From positions 856,958 through 888,957 of the forward strand of contig JADJQX010000008.1 of NCBI GenBank assembly GCA_016712525.1: 32,000 nucleotides of DNA, given 5' to 3'. Origin of the DNA: Myxococcales bacterium (GTDB lineage Bacteria > Myxococcota_A > Polyangia > Polyangiales > Polyangiaceae). This document shows positions 24,786 to 32,000 of this stretch, piece after piece. A program made the position numbers and the translations under genes. The notes below the pieces were generated by a model. That model ran no database searches. It had not been told where the DNA came from and saw nothing but the letters and a program-made list of their open reading frames with translations. Position 1 is the first letter of the stretch. Each line of letters begins with the position of its first letter.

Positions 24786-26783
24786 ATGAGCCGCTTCGCC
24801 GTCACGACCCCCATCTACTACGTGAACGACGTGCCGCACCTCGGCACGGCCTACACCACGGTATGCGCCGACGCCCTCCGGCGCGTGCACGCGCTCATGG
24901 GCGACGAGACGTTCTTCCTCACCGGCACCGACGAGCACGGCCTCAAGATCGAGCGTCAGGCGGTGGCCATGGGCATGAGCCCTCAAGCCTTCGTCGACGG
25001 CACCAGCGCCGCGTTCCGCGCCGCCTGGCCGAAGCTCCTCGTCGAGCCGGATCATTTCGTTCGCACGACCGACGCGTCCCACAAGGCCTTCGTCGCGGAG
25101 CTCTGGAAGAAGATCGAGGCGCGCGGCGACCTCTACGAAGGTCAGTACGAGGACTGGTACTGCGTCGGGTGCGAGTCCTTCAAGACCGAGAAGGAGCTCG
25201 AGCAACCCGGGAACCTCTGCCCGCTCCACAAGAAGCCCGTCGAGCGCGTGAAGGAGAGCACGTTCTTCTTCCGGCTCTCGAAGTTCCAAGATCGCCTGCT
25301 CGCCCTCTACGAGTCGCACCCCGACTTCATCCGCCCTCGGGAGCGCAAGAACGAGGTCGTCGCCTTCGTCAAAGAGGGGCTCCGCGATCTCTCGGTCTCG
25401 CGCACGAGCTTCACGTGGGGCATCCCGGTGCCCGGACACGACGGCCACGTGATGTACGTCTGGTTCGACGCCCTCACGAACTACATGAGCGCGCTCGCGT
25501 CGAAGGGCGTGCTCGACACGTTCTGGCCGAAGGCAGGCCGCGACGCGCGGGTCGTGCACCTCGTCGGGAAGGACATCCTACGTTTCCACACCGTGTATTG
25601 GCCCGCGTTCCTGATGGCGGCGGGCTACGGCGAGGACGAGCTGCCGAGCACCGTGTTCGCGCACGGGTTCTTGACGGTCGACGGCCAGAAGATGTCGAAG
25701 AGCCTCCGCAACGCGGTCGATCCGCTGCGCCTCGCCGAGAGGCTCGGGCCCGACGTGATCCGGTACCAGCTCCTCCGCGGCGTCGCGTTCGGGCAGGACG
25801 GCGACTTCGACCACGCGGCGATGATCGAGCGCTACAACGCCGACCTCGGGAAGAACCTCGGCAACCTGCTCCAGCGAACGCTCGGCCTCGTCGCGAAGCT
25901 GCCCACGGGGAAGCGCCCCACCTACGGGACACCCACGGAGCTCGAGCTCGAGCTCGTGCGTGACGTCGAGGCGAAGCTCGCCGAGGCCCGCACCGCATGG
26001 GAAAACCTCGAGATCAACCGCGCCATCGAGCTCACGTGGGAGGTGTCGTCGCGCGCGAACCAGTACGTCGATCGCGCGGCTCCCTGGGTGCTCGTCAAGC
26101 AGCCCGACACGGCGCGCGCCGAGACCGTGCTCGCGGCGTTGCTCGAGGTGCTCCGGCTCATGGGCCAAGCGATTTGGCCCGTGATGCCCGAGAAGAGCGC
26201 GGCCCTGCTCGCCCAGCTCGGCCTCCCGAAGCTCGCCCCAGGGCCCGGGCTCGATCTCTTCCCGAAGACCTTCGCCCCGGTCCCCGGCGGCACCGATCTC
26301 CCACCTGCGACACCGCTCTTCCCCACCTACGACAAAGACCAGACCAAGGCGCTCCTCGACGAGCTCGTCCCCAAGATGGAATCCCAAGAAAAAGCCCCCG
26401 AAGCCCCCGCCCCCGGAAAGCCCGCCGACGCCCCGAGCGAAGAGGCCAAGGCCGCACCGATCACCTACGCCGACTTCGAGAAGGTCGACCTGCGCGTCGG
26501 CCTCGTGACGGCGTGCGAGAAGGTGCCCAAGAAGGACAAGCTGCTCAAGCTCACGGTCGACCTCGGCGAAGAGGCCCCTAGGACGATCATCGCCGGCCTC
26601 GCGCTCACGTTCGCCCCCGAGGCGCTCACGGGCCGCCGCGTCGTCGTCGTCGCGAACCTCGCCCCGCGTGACTTCGGCAAGGGCCTCGTGTCGCACGGCA
26701 TGGTGCTCGCGACGGGCCCCTCCGAGAAGCTCTCGCTCGCCACCGCGCCCGACGACGTGGCCCCCGGCGCGCGCCTCAAGTGA
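24786..26783 (+). CDS. metG: Methionine--tRNA ligase with a C-terminal tRNA-binding (Trbp111/EMAP-like) domain
   Basis: TTPIYYVNDVPHLGTAYT (HIGH region), CVGCESF...CPLHKKP zinc knuckle, QKMSKSLRN (KMSKS). C-terminus DFEKVDLRVGLV..CEKV.K.DKLLKL.VDLGEE.PRTI.AG matches the tRNA-binding fold. Confidence 0.97.
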   Translation: MSRFAVTTPIYYVNDVPHLGTAYTTVCADALRRVHALMGDETFFLTGTDEHGLKIERQAVAMGMSPQAFVDGTSAAFRAAWPKLLVEPDHFVRTTDASHKAFVAELWKKIEARGDLYEGQYEDWYCVGCESFKTEKELEQPGNLCPLHKKPVERVKESTFFFRLSKFQDRLLALYESHPDFIRPRERKNEVVAFVKEGLRDLSVSRTSFTWGIPVPGHDGHVMYVWFDALTNYMSALASKGVLDTFWPKAGRDARVVHLVGKDILRFHTVYWPAFLMAAGYGEDELPSTVFAHGFLTVDGQKMSKSLRNAVDPLRLAERLGPDVIRYQLLRGVAFGQDGDFDHAAMIERYNADLGKNLGNLLQRTLGLVAKLPTGKRPTYGTPTELELELVRDVEAKLAEARTAWENLEINRAIELTWEVSSRANQYVDRAAPWVLVKQPDTARAETVLAALLEVLRLMGQAIWPVMPEKSAALLAQLGLPKLAPGPGLDLFPKTFAPVPGGTDLPPATPLFPTYDKDQTKALLDELVPKMESQEKAPEAPAPGKPADAPSEEAKAAPITYADFEKVDLRVGLVTACEKVPKKDKLLKLTVDLGEEAPRTIIAGLALTFAPEALTGRRVVVVANLAPRDFGKGLVSHGMVLATGPSEKLSLATAPDDVAPGARLK

Positions 26784-26789
26784 GCCGGA

Positions 26790-26820
26790 CGTGCCCGTGG
26801 CGATCGGCGTCGCGGGCACG
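26790..26820. terminator. GC hairpin between the convergent metG and OMP genes (possible bidirectional terminator)
   Basis: CGTGCCCG (26790-26797) pairs with CGGGCACG (26813-26820): an 8-bp stem with a 15-nt loop, located between stop codons at 26783 and 26835. There is no clear U-tract on either side. Confidence 0.45.
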
Positions 26821-26834
26821 CCATAGGCGCCTCT

Positions 26835-27737
26835 TCAGTAGGTGAACCCTACACCGATGCGGAAGAAGAAGCCGCTCACGGAGAGCGAGCCCGTCGACGC
26901 GCCCAGCTCTTTCCCGAGGACGTCGTCGCGCGAGTCGGGCGTGAGCGAGGGTGTCGCGCGTGTGGTGAGGCCGTAACCGACCTCGGGCGTCGCCCAGAAC
27001 CTCACGCCTTTGCGGTCCGCCGGGCCATGCCCACCGAGAAGAAACGACGCCCCGGCGCTCCCGTCGACCGAGAACATCGCGTTCACGTCGGACAGGTGGG
27101 AAGGCGCGCTCGGGTCCTCCACGTGCACGTCGAGGATGGCCGCGCCCGGGGCCACACGCGCGAAGCCGTAGAGCCACGACGTGAGGTGATACCGGCCCTC
27201 GACGGGCACCGAGAGCCTGTGGAGGGCAAGGCCCGACGCGGGGCCTCGGGCGGTCGTGCGCTTCATGCCGACGTCCCACCCGAGCCCGAGCGCGAGCGCG
27301 AGCTTCCCCGAGGTGGCGAGCGTTCGAGAGACCTCGAGGCTCGCTTGGCCGATAGCGTCGCCCTCGGAGAAGGGGTCGAGGCCCGCGCTCGGCGCGTACA
27401 TGACACGAATGCCGAGGCCGAACCGTATGTAACTATTCGGTTTTCCTCGCGGGTACGAGGGGGCGGTCTCGGCGGCCACGGGCGCCGGGGGTGCCGGCGT
27501 CGATCGAGGTGCGACCATCGGAGCGGCAGGTGGTGCTGCCGCGACGTCGATCGTCTCGCGCGGGCCGGCGAGCGTCGGCGCGGGGGTGGCGCTCGGCGCG
27601 GGAGCCGGAGGGCCCGGGATCGGCTCGGGCTTCGGCAGCTCGGGAGGGGGGAGCTCGTCGGCGTACGCGAGCGCAGGTCCGGCGACGGCGACGAACATGG
27701 CCGCCGTGGCGGCGGTGAGACGACGAAGGAAGCTCAC
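26835..27737 (-). CDS. Putative outer-membrane beta-barrel protein with a Pro-rich N-terminal linker
   Basis: Signal peptide MSFLRRLTAATAAMFVAVAGPALAYA. Next comes a ~70-aa Pro/Ala-rich region, then alternating hydrophobic beta-strand-like segments ending in FFFRIGVGFTY (aromatic C-terminus typical of OMPs). The GTG start overlaps the upstream stop (GTGA). Confidence 0.65.
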   Translation of the reverse strand: MSFLRRLTAATAAMFVAVAGPALAYADELPPPELPKPEPIPGPPAPAPSATPAPTLAGPRETIDVAAAPPAAPMVAPRSTPAPPAPVAAETAPSYPRGKPNSYIRFGLGIRVMYAPSAGLDPFSEGDAIGQASLEVSRTLATSGKLALALGLGWDVGMKRTTARGPASGLALHRLSVPVEGRYHLTSWLYGFARVAPGAAILDVHVEDPSAPSHLSDVNAMFSVDGSAGASFLLGGHGPADRKGVRFWATPEVGYGLTTRATPSLTPDSRDDVLGKELGASTGSLSVSGFFFRIGVGFTY

Positions 27738-29338
27738 GGCAGACCCTCCAGCAAGAGGCCGAAGTACGTGCGCGACGCGATCGAGTCGACCGCGGTCGCG
27801 TCCATGACGGTGGCCGAGACGGTGCCGCGAACGTCGATGGCGACGACCGACGCGCCCCCCGCCGAGCTCGTGACGTCGAAGACGTCGTTCACCGAGCGAT
27901 CGACGGGCAGAGAGACCGGGTGCAACGTCGGGAGCTCGACGCGCGAGATCACGCTGCCGCCTTGTGGGAACGCCCAGAGCCGCTGGCCGTCGGGCGCGAT
28001 CGAGAGCTTGGGTCGCGTGATCGTCGTGAGCGGCGAGGCCGTCCGCGACGCGAGATCGAGCACGAAGAACCCCGTCCCGGAGGCGCTCTCGAGGACCTTC
28101 AGCTCCCCCCGCGGGGCCGGCACGTCGAGCACGGTGCTCACGCCGGTGCCGAGAGGCACGCTCTCGAGGCTTCGGTACGGCTGCCCGGCCGTCTTGCCGA
28201 GCGACCAGAACGCGACCCCTTGGGTGCTGGTGCTCGCAGCGCCGTAGAGGAGCGCCACGTCCGAGCTCCCGGTCGGCGCGCCGATGTCGCGTGTGACGAG
28301 CGCGATGCGCGAGTAGGCCTCGGGGAGATCGACCTTCTGCGTGAGGCCCGTCGCCGGCTCCACCAACACGGCCGACCGAATACCCGGCACGAGGGCCGCG
28401 AGCCTCGGACCGCCGTCGGTGCGGACGAACGCGATGTCTTGTGCGACGCCGCCCACGTCGGTGAGGTTCACGGTAGGGAAGAAGTCGTTCGGGGATCCTG
28501 GCGGAGCCGCGCCGAGCGTCAAGAGGACGAGGCTCGAGTCGTTCGCGGCTCGAATGGCGATGCGCGTGTCCTCGGCCGACGTGGGCTCGCCATCGTCGAT
28601 AGCGATGCCCGCGGGGGAGAGCGGCTTCGCGTTCGCTCCCGAGCCGAGGCGAACGGTGATCTCGGGTCGCTCGGGCACGTCGTGGATGCGATCGAGATCG
28701 AGCAGGGTGACGTCCTGTTCGGTCTCGACGACGAGGAGGCGCCGAGGGCCACCGGGCAGGTTCACGACGGGCGAGAAGCTCACACGTCGAGGCTTGCCCC
28801 CGAAGCTTCGGATCGAACGCGGCACCACGGCCTCTTTCCCGGGGGGAGCTTCGAGATCTACGATGATGATCTCATTCGGATTTTCGACGAAGCTCGCGGG
28901 CGCCTTCCGGGCCCCCTGCGCCGCCGCGAAGATCGCGAGGTAGCGGCCCTCCGGATCTGCCACGAGCCCACCGTGCGCCGACGAGAGCTCGAGCCGTCGG
29001 GTGCCGTCACGCGCGATCACCGTGAGGCTCGGGCGTTCGTCCTCGGCGTCGCGGCGAGGCACGTCGCCGTACGAGAGCACGAAGAGCTTGTCACGAGCGC
29101 GCGAGGGGACGACGCTGGCGACGTTGGCGCCGACCGCGATGCGCGTGCGCTCGAGCTCCTGATCGCGACCGGGGCGGAGCGAGATCACGCTCTTCGCCGA
29201 GTCGTCGACCACGACGACCCGGTCCGTGAGACCGACGGCCTCGATGCCGGTGGGTACCGTGTCCCAGACCTCTTCGCGGTCGACGCACGCGCCGAGGACG
29301 GGCACGAGCGCGAGGGCGATGACCGAGCGAATCTTCAT
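27734..29338 (-). CDS. Putative lipoprotein, beta-rich (propeller-like) repeat protein, 534 aa
   Basis: MKIRSVIALALVPVLGAC has a good lipobox (LGAC). The remainder is rich in short beta-strand/turn repeats (...VVVVDD.AKSVISL..., ...LVADPEGRYLAIF..., ...IAPDGQRLWAF...). ATGA overlap with the upstream gene. Confidence 0.7.
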   Translation of the reverse strand: MKIRSVIALALVPVLGACVDREEVWDTVPTGIEAVGLTDRVVVVDDSAKSVISLRPGRDQELERTRIAVGANVASVVPSRARDKLFVLSYGDVPRRDAEDERPSLTVIARDGTRRLELSSAHGGLVADPEGRYLAIFAAAQGARKAPASFVENPNEIIIVDLEAPPGKEAVVPRSIRSFGGKPRRVSFSPVVNLPGGPRRLLVVETEQDVTLLDLDRIHDVPERPEITVRLGSGANAKPLSPAGIAIDDGEPTSAEDTRIAIRAANDSSLVLLTLGAAPPGSPNDFFPTVNLTDVGGVAQDIAFVRTDGGPRLAALVPGIRSAVLVEPATGLTQKVDLPEAYSRIALVTRDIGAPTGSSDVALLYGAASTSTQGVAFWSLGKTAGQPYRSLESVPLGTGVSTVLDVPAPRGELKVLESASGTGFFVLDLASRTASPLTTITRPKLSIAPDGQRLWAFPQGGSVISRVELPTLHPVSLPVDRSVNDVFDVTSSAGGASVVAIDVRGTVSATVMDATAVDSIASRTYFGLLLEGLP

Positions 29339-30909
29339 GGCTTGCTCCCATCGACCACGCGCGAGGCGAGCTCGAAGCCCGTGAGCGTGCGCGCGAGGCC
29401 CGTGTCGAGATCGAGGAACGTGATGCGCCCCTCGGGGTGTTGTTGGGCGACGAACCCTCGTTTCGCCGCAGGCACGATGCCGACGGCGATCGGGGGGCTC
29501 GCGAGGGCGAAGCGCTCGACCTGGAAGCTCGGGAGCTTCGCGAGGTACGCGCCGTAAATCTTCTGGGCGTCGCCCCGCTCGGACACGAGCGCCGTGTCGG
29601 CGGTCATGGCGACGTGGGCGGGTTTGGCCGTCATGGCCACGATCTTGGCGGGGAGATCGGTCGCGAGCGGGACGAGCGAGAAGGCCCCGTCTTGCGTCTT
29701 GATGTCGTGGAGGATCGTGGCGTGTTTCGCGTCCGGCGACGCGAACGCCGCGAGGACCGGCGAGTACAGGCGCACGACGCGGTAGGTCGGGTCCGGCGTG
29801 GCCGAGAGGCTCATGACGGTCACCCGCTCGGTCTGGCTCGCGTTCGTGTAGAGCATGGCCGTGTTGCCGTCGGCCGAGAGCACCACGGAGCCGATGGTCT
29901 CGCCCGTGACCGTGACCGACTTCACCTGCGTGGGCTGCGTGAGCACCTGAGGGATCGGGAGGATCGAGACGGTCGACGTCGAGCGCACCACGGCGACCGC
30001 GCGATCGCCGGCCTCGGTGAGATCGAGGTCGGTCACGGGCCCGTTCAACGTGACCTCGACACGTTGCCCCGTCTCGAGGCTCACGGCGGTGACGGCGTTC
30101 GAGCCGTCTCGGCGCACGAGCGCGAGCTTGCCGTCGGGGGTCACGGCGACGTCACGCGTGCCGGGATCTTCGGTGGGCGTCGCGCTGATGGCGACGTTCT
30201 TGACGAGCCGCGGAGGGCTCGTGGAGAGGTCGACGATCGCCACGCCGTCTTGGGTCACCGCGTGCGCGAGCGGCGCCGACTTCGAGAACCCGACGAGCAC
30301 CGGCCGGTACCCGACCGCGAGCACCGTGGGCGGCGTCGCCCCCGTGAGATCGATGACCGTGAGATCTTGGAAGCCCTGGGTCTTCGGCGCGGCCGGGCTC
30401 TTCTTCGCGTCGGCCCAGGCGATCGCGTAGCGGCCGTCGGCCGAAAAAGCCCATGAATTCGCGCCATTGGCGACCTTCACGGTCTTCACGTCGATGCCCG
30501 TGGGCGAGGCGCGGAGCACCGTGGCGTCGCGCGAGAGGACGTTCAACACCACGGTCGTGTCGACCTGCGCGCCCGGCACCGCGGCGAGGTACGTGGGGCC
30601 GTTGCCGGCCTCGACCGTCTTCACCGCGAGCGAACGAACGTCGATGTACGCGACGCGGCCGCTCTTCGGGTTCGTGACCCAGACGTAGCTGCCGGTCGCG
30701 ACGGGCGCCTCGAACGAGCTCTCGACCTCTCGCTCGGGTGGTGGAGGGGACGCGGCGTCCCCGAAGAACCCGCCGGCGTCGGAGGCGGCGCCGGGGCTCT
30801 TGGGGGACGCCGGGGCGCCGTCCGAGGACTCGGAGCTCGTGGCTTCGGCGCCGCACGCCACGGCCGATAGGACGATGATGATGGCGGGGAATTTCCCGCG
30901 TCGAGCCAT
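29335..30909 (-). CDS. Putative lipoprotein with YVTN-like beta-propeller repeats, 524 aa
   Basis: ATG at 30909 is preceded by GGAGG at 13 nt. MARRGKFPAIIIVLSAVAC is a signal peptide plus lipobox-like Cys. Repeats such as SYVWVTNPKSGRVAYIDVRSLAVKTVEAGNGPTYLAAVPG and DVAVTPDGKLALVRRDGSNAVTAVSLETGQ are present. The track's extra 47 N-terminal residues are Arg-rich and unsupported. Confidence 0.7.
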   Translation of the reverse strand: MARRGKFPAIIIVLSAVACGAEATSSESSDGAPASPKSPGAASDAGGFFGDAASPPPPEREVESSFEAPVATGSYVWVTNPKSGRVAYIDVRSLAVKTVEAGNGPTYLAAVPGAQVDTTVVLNVLSRDATVLRASPTGIDVKTVKVANGANSWAFSADGRYAIAWADAKKSPAAPKTQGFQDLTVIDLTGATPPTVLAVGYRPVLVGFSKSAPLAHAVTQDGVAIVDLSTSPPRLVKNVAISATPTEDPGTRDVAVTPDGKLALVRRDGSNAVTAVSLETGQRVEVTLNGPVTDLDLTEAGDRAVAVVRSTSTVSILPIPQVLTQPTQVKSVTVTGETIGSVVLSADGNTAMLYTNASQTERVTVMSLSATPDPTYRVVRLYSPVLAAFASPDAKHATILHDIKTQDGAFSLVPLATDLPAKIVAMTAKPAHVAMTADTALVSERGDAQKIYGAYLAKLPSFQVERFALASPPIAVGIVPAAKRGFVAQQHPEGRITFLDLDTGLARTLTGFELASRVVDGSKP

Positions 30910-31131
30910 GCGAAGCACGCGACCTCCATCCACCCGCGAGGGGCTCTCGCTCGGGCGGAAGCGCTTCAGCAACGCACGTGCCACGCTCACGAGCGCTCGC
31001 TGCGCACGCGTTTTCGCGGAGCATCGGGCTTCGCGCGCGGCCCCGCCCATGACAGCGAGGTCGCGCGGTCGGAGGCCCGAAAGGCGATCCGCGCCCGACG
31101 AGCGTGGCCTACACGAGGCGCGCGCGGGGCC

Positions 31132-32000
31132 TTACTCGACGCGCCCGACGACGAGCGGGCGCGCCGTGGGAGCCGCGTCTCCGACGGAAAACGCGCCGCG
31201 AACACGCTCGACGAGCGCGCCTTCGGCCTGCCCTTCGCGGAGGTGGAGCGTCGCCAAGGGCTCCCCTTCGGCGACCTGCTCGCCCGGCTTCTTCGCGAGT
31301 GTGATCCCCACGCCCGGGTCGACGGCCTGATCGGCGCGGGTACGCCCCGCCCCCATGGCGACCCCTGCGAGCCCCACCGCGAGCGCGTCGATGTCCGTGA
31401 CGAAGCCCGCTCGAGGCGAGAGGACCTGCACCTTCTGCGGCGCGAGCGCAAGGAGCGACGGGGTCGCGACCACCCGCGCGTCTCCCCCTTGGGCCTCCAC
31501 CATACGCTCCATCGTGCGCACGGCGTCGCCGCTCGCGATGGCACGATCGAGCTTGTCGTCGGCCTCCGAAGCGCTCTTCGCGACCCCACCGAGGAGGAGC
31601 ATCTCGCGGGCGAGCACGCGTGTACACTGCACGAGATCGTCGGGCCCCTTGCCATGGAGAACCATGAGCGCCTCGGCCGTCTCGTTGGCGTTGCCGACCT
31701 CGAGCCCGAGCGGCGCGTCCATGCGCGTGAGCACGGCCACGACCTTCTTCTTCGCGCCCGTGCCGACCCTCACGAGGGCCTCGGCGAGGGCGCGGGCTCG
31801 TGCCTCGTCTTTCATGAAGGCGCCCTTCCCCACCTTCACGTCGAGCACGAGCCCGTCGATGCCCTCGGCGAGCTTCTTCGAGAGGATCGACGCCACGATG
31901 AGCGGGATGCACTCGACCGTCGCGGTGACGTCGCGGAGGGCGTAGATGCGCTTGTCGGCCGGCGCGATGTCCTTCGTCTGGCCGATCATGCACGTGCCCA
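31132..32000 (-). CDS. deoA: Thymidine (pyrimidine-nucleoside) phosphorylase, C-terminal ~289 aa (5' end lies beyond the right window edge)
   Basis: GQTKDIAPADKRIYALRDVTATVECIPLIVASILSKKLAEGIDGLVLDVKVGKGAFM matches E. coli DeoA [57 protein letters not shown]. The frame stays open upstream of the track's Met to position 32000. Confidence 0.92.
   Translation of the reverse strand, partial: GTCMIGQTKDIAPADKRIYALRDVTATVECIPLIVASILSKKLAEGIDGLVLDVKVGKGAFMKDEARARALAEALVRVGTGAKKKVVAVLTRMDAPLGLEVGNANETAEALMVLHGKGPDDLVQCTRVLAREMLLLGGVAKSASEADDKLDRAIASGDAVRTMERMVEAQGGDARVVATPSLLALAPQKVQVLSPRAGFVTDIDALAVGLAGVAMGAGRTRADQAVDPGVGITLAKKPGEQVAEGEPLATLHLREGQAEGALVERVRGAFSVGDAAPTARPLVVGRVE

Noticed and set aside
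23696-26819. Minus-strand ORFs 23696-24814, 24660-25559 and 25578-26819
   Set aside because: They lie antisense to the 2-TM protein gene and metG. The translations are low-complexity, while the metG frame has HIGH/KMSKS motifs.
27027-30456. Plus-strand ORFs 27027-28247, 27920-29557 and 29437-30456
   Set aside because: They lie antisense to the lipoprotein/OMP operon. The translations are Arg/Asp/Gly-rich with no signal peptides or motifs. The minus frames have signal peptides, lipoboxes and coupled start/stop overlaps.

Overview
High-GC (about 70%) bacterial chromosomal window. The gene style (Ser/Thr kinase, Cys-rich lipoproteins, Lys/Ala-rich extensions on ribosomal proteins) suggests a myxobacterium-like organism, but that is inference only. 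No rRNA, tRNA, CRISPR array, transposase or integrase was recognised.

**Layout**
- **1-5008 (minus):** ribosomal-protein cluster rplV-rpsC-rplP-rpmC-rpsQ-rplN-rplX-rplE-rpsN-rpsH-rplF-rplR (rplR is truncated by the window edge).
  - rplF carries an apparent 1-nt frameshift just before its conserved C-terminal GKGVRY motif.
  - The cluster starts abruptly at rplV. The usual upstream rpsS, rplB and further S10-operon genes are absent.
- **5009-5662:** a 650-bp structured non-coding region with a G10 tract, GC hairpins and an orphan minus-strand terminator.
- **5663-7183 (plus):** acyl-CoA carboxyltransferase, followed by a clean intrinsic terminator.
- **7326-12906 (plus):** a small membrane-anchored protein, then two tandem paralogous large membrane proteins of 783 and 820 aa and unknown function.
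  - They arose by a ~2.6-kb tandem duplication that also left a decayed fragment of the small upstream gene.
  - Identity between the paralogs is mosaic: ~85%, then a near-100% tract of ~780 bp, then a strongly diverged cassette, then ~90%.
- **13012-16214 (plus):** aldehyde dehydrogenase family protein and a tail-anchored Ser/Thr kinase.
- **16305-22917 (plus):** a translationally coupled mukF-mukE-mukB-like condensin operon, clearly collinear with E. coli MukFEB. No JetD/MksG partner is present, so it is not Wadjet.
- **22925-26783:** a convergent Cys-rich lipoprotein with a (DTSVP)3 repeat, a divergent intergenic region with four copies of GGCGAACG, a 2-TM hypothetical protein, and metG.
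- **26835-30909 (minus):** a translationally coupled beta-propeller lipoprotein / lipoprotein / beta-barrel OMP operon.
- **31132-32000 (minus):** 3' part of thymidine phosphorylase.

**Most interesting:** the mosaic tandem paralog pair with its variable cassette, the Muk-like condensin outside its usual taxonomic context with an adjacent kinase, the rplF frameshift, and the broken S10/spc synteny.

Many long ORFs in the track are GC-driven shadow frames and were rejected.
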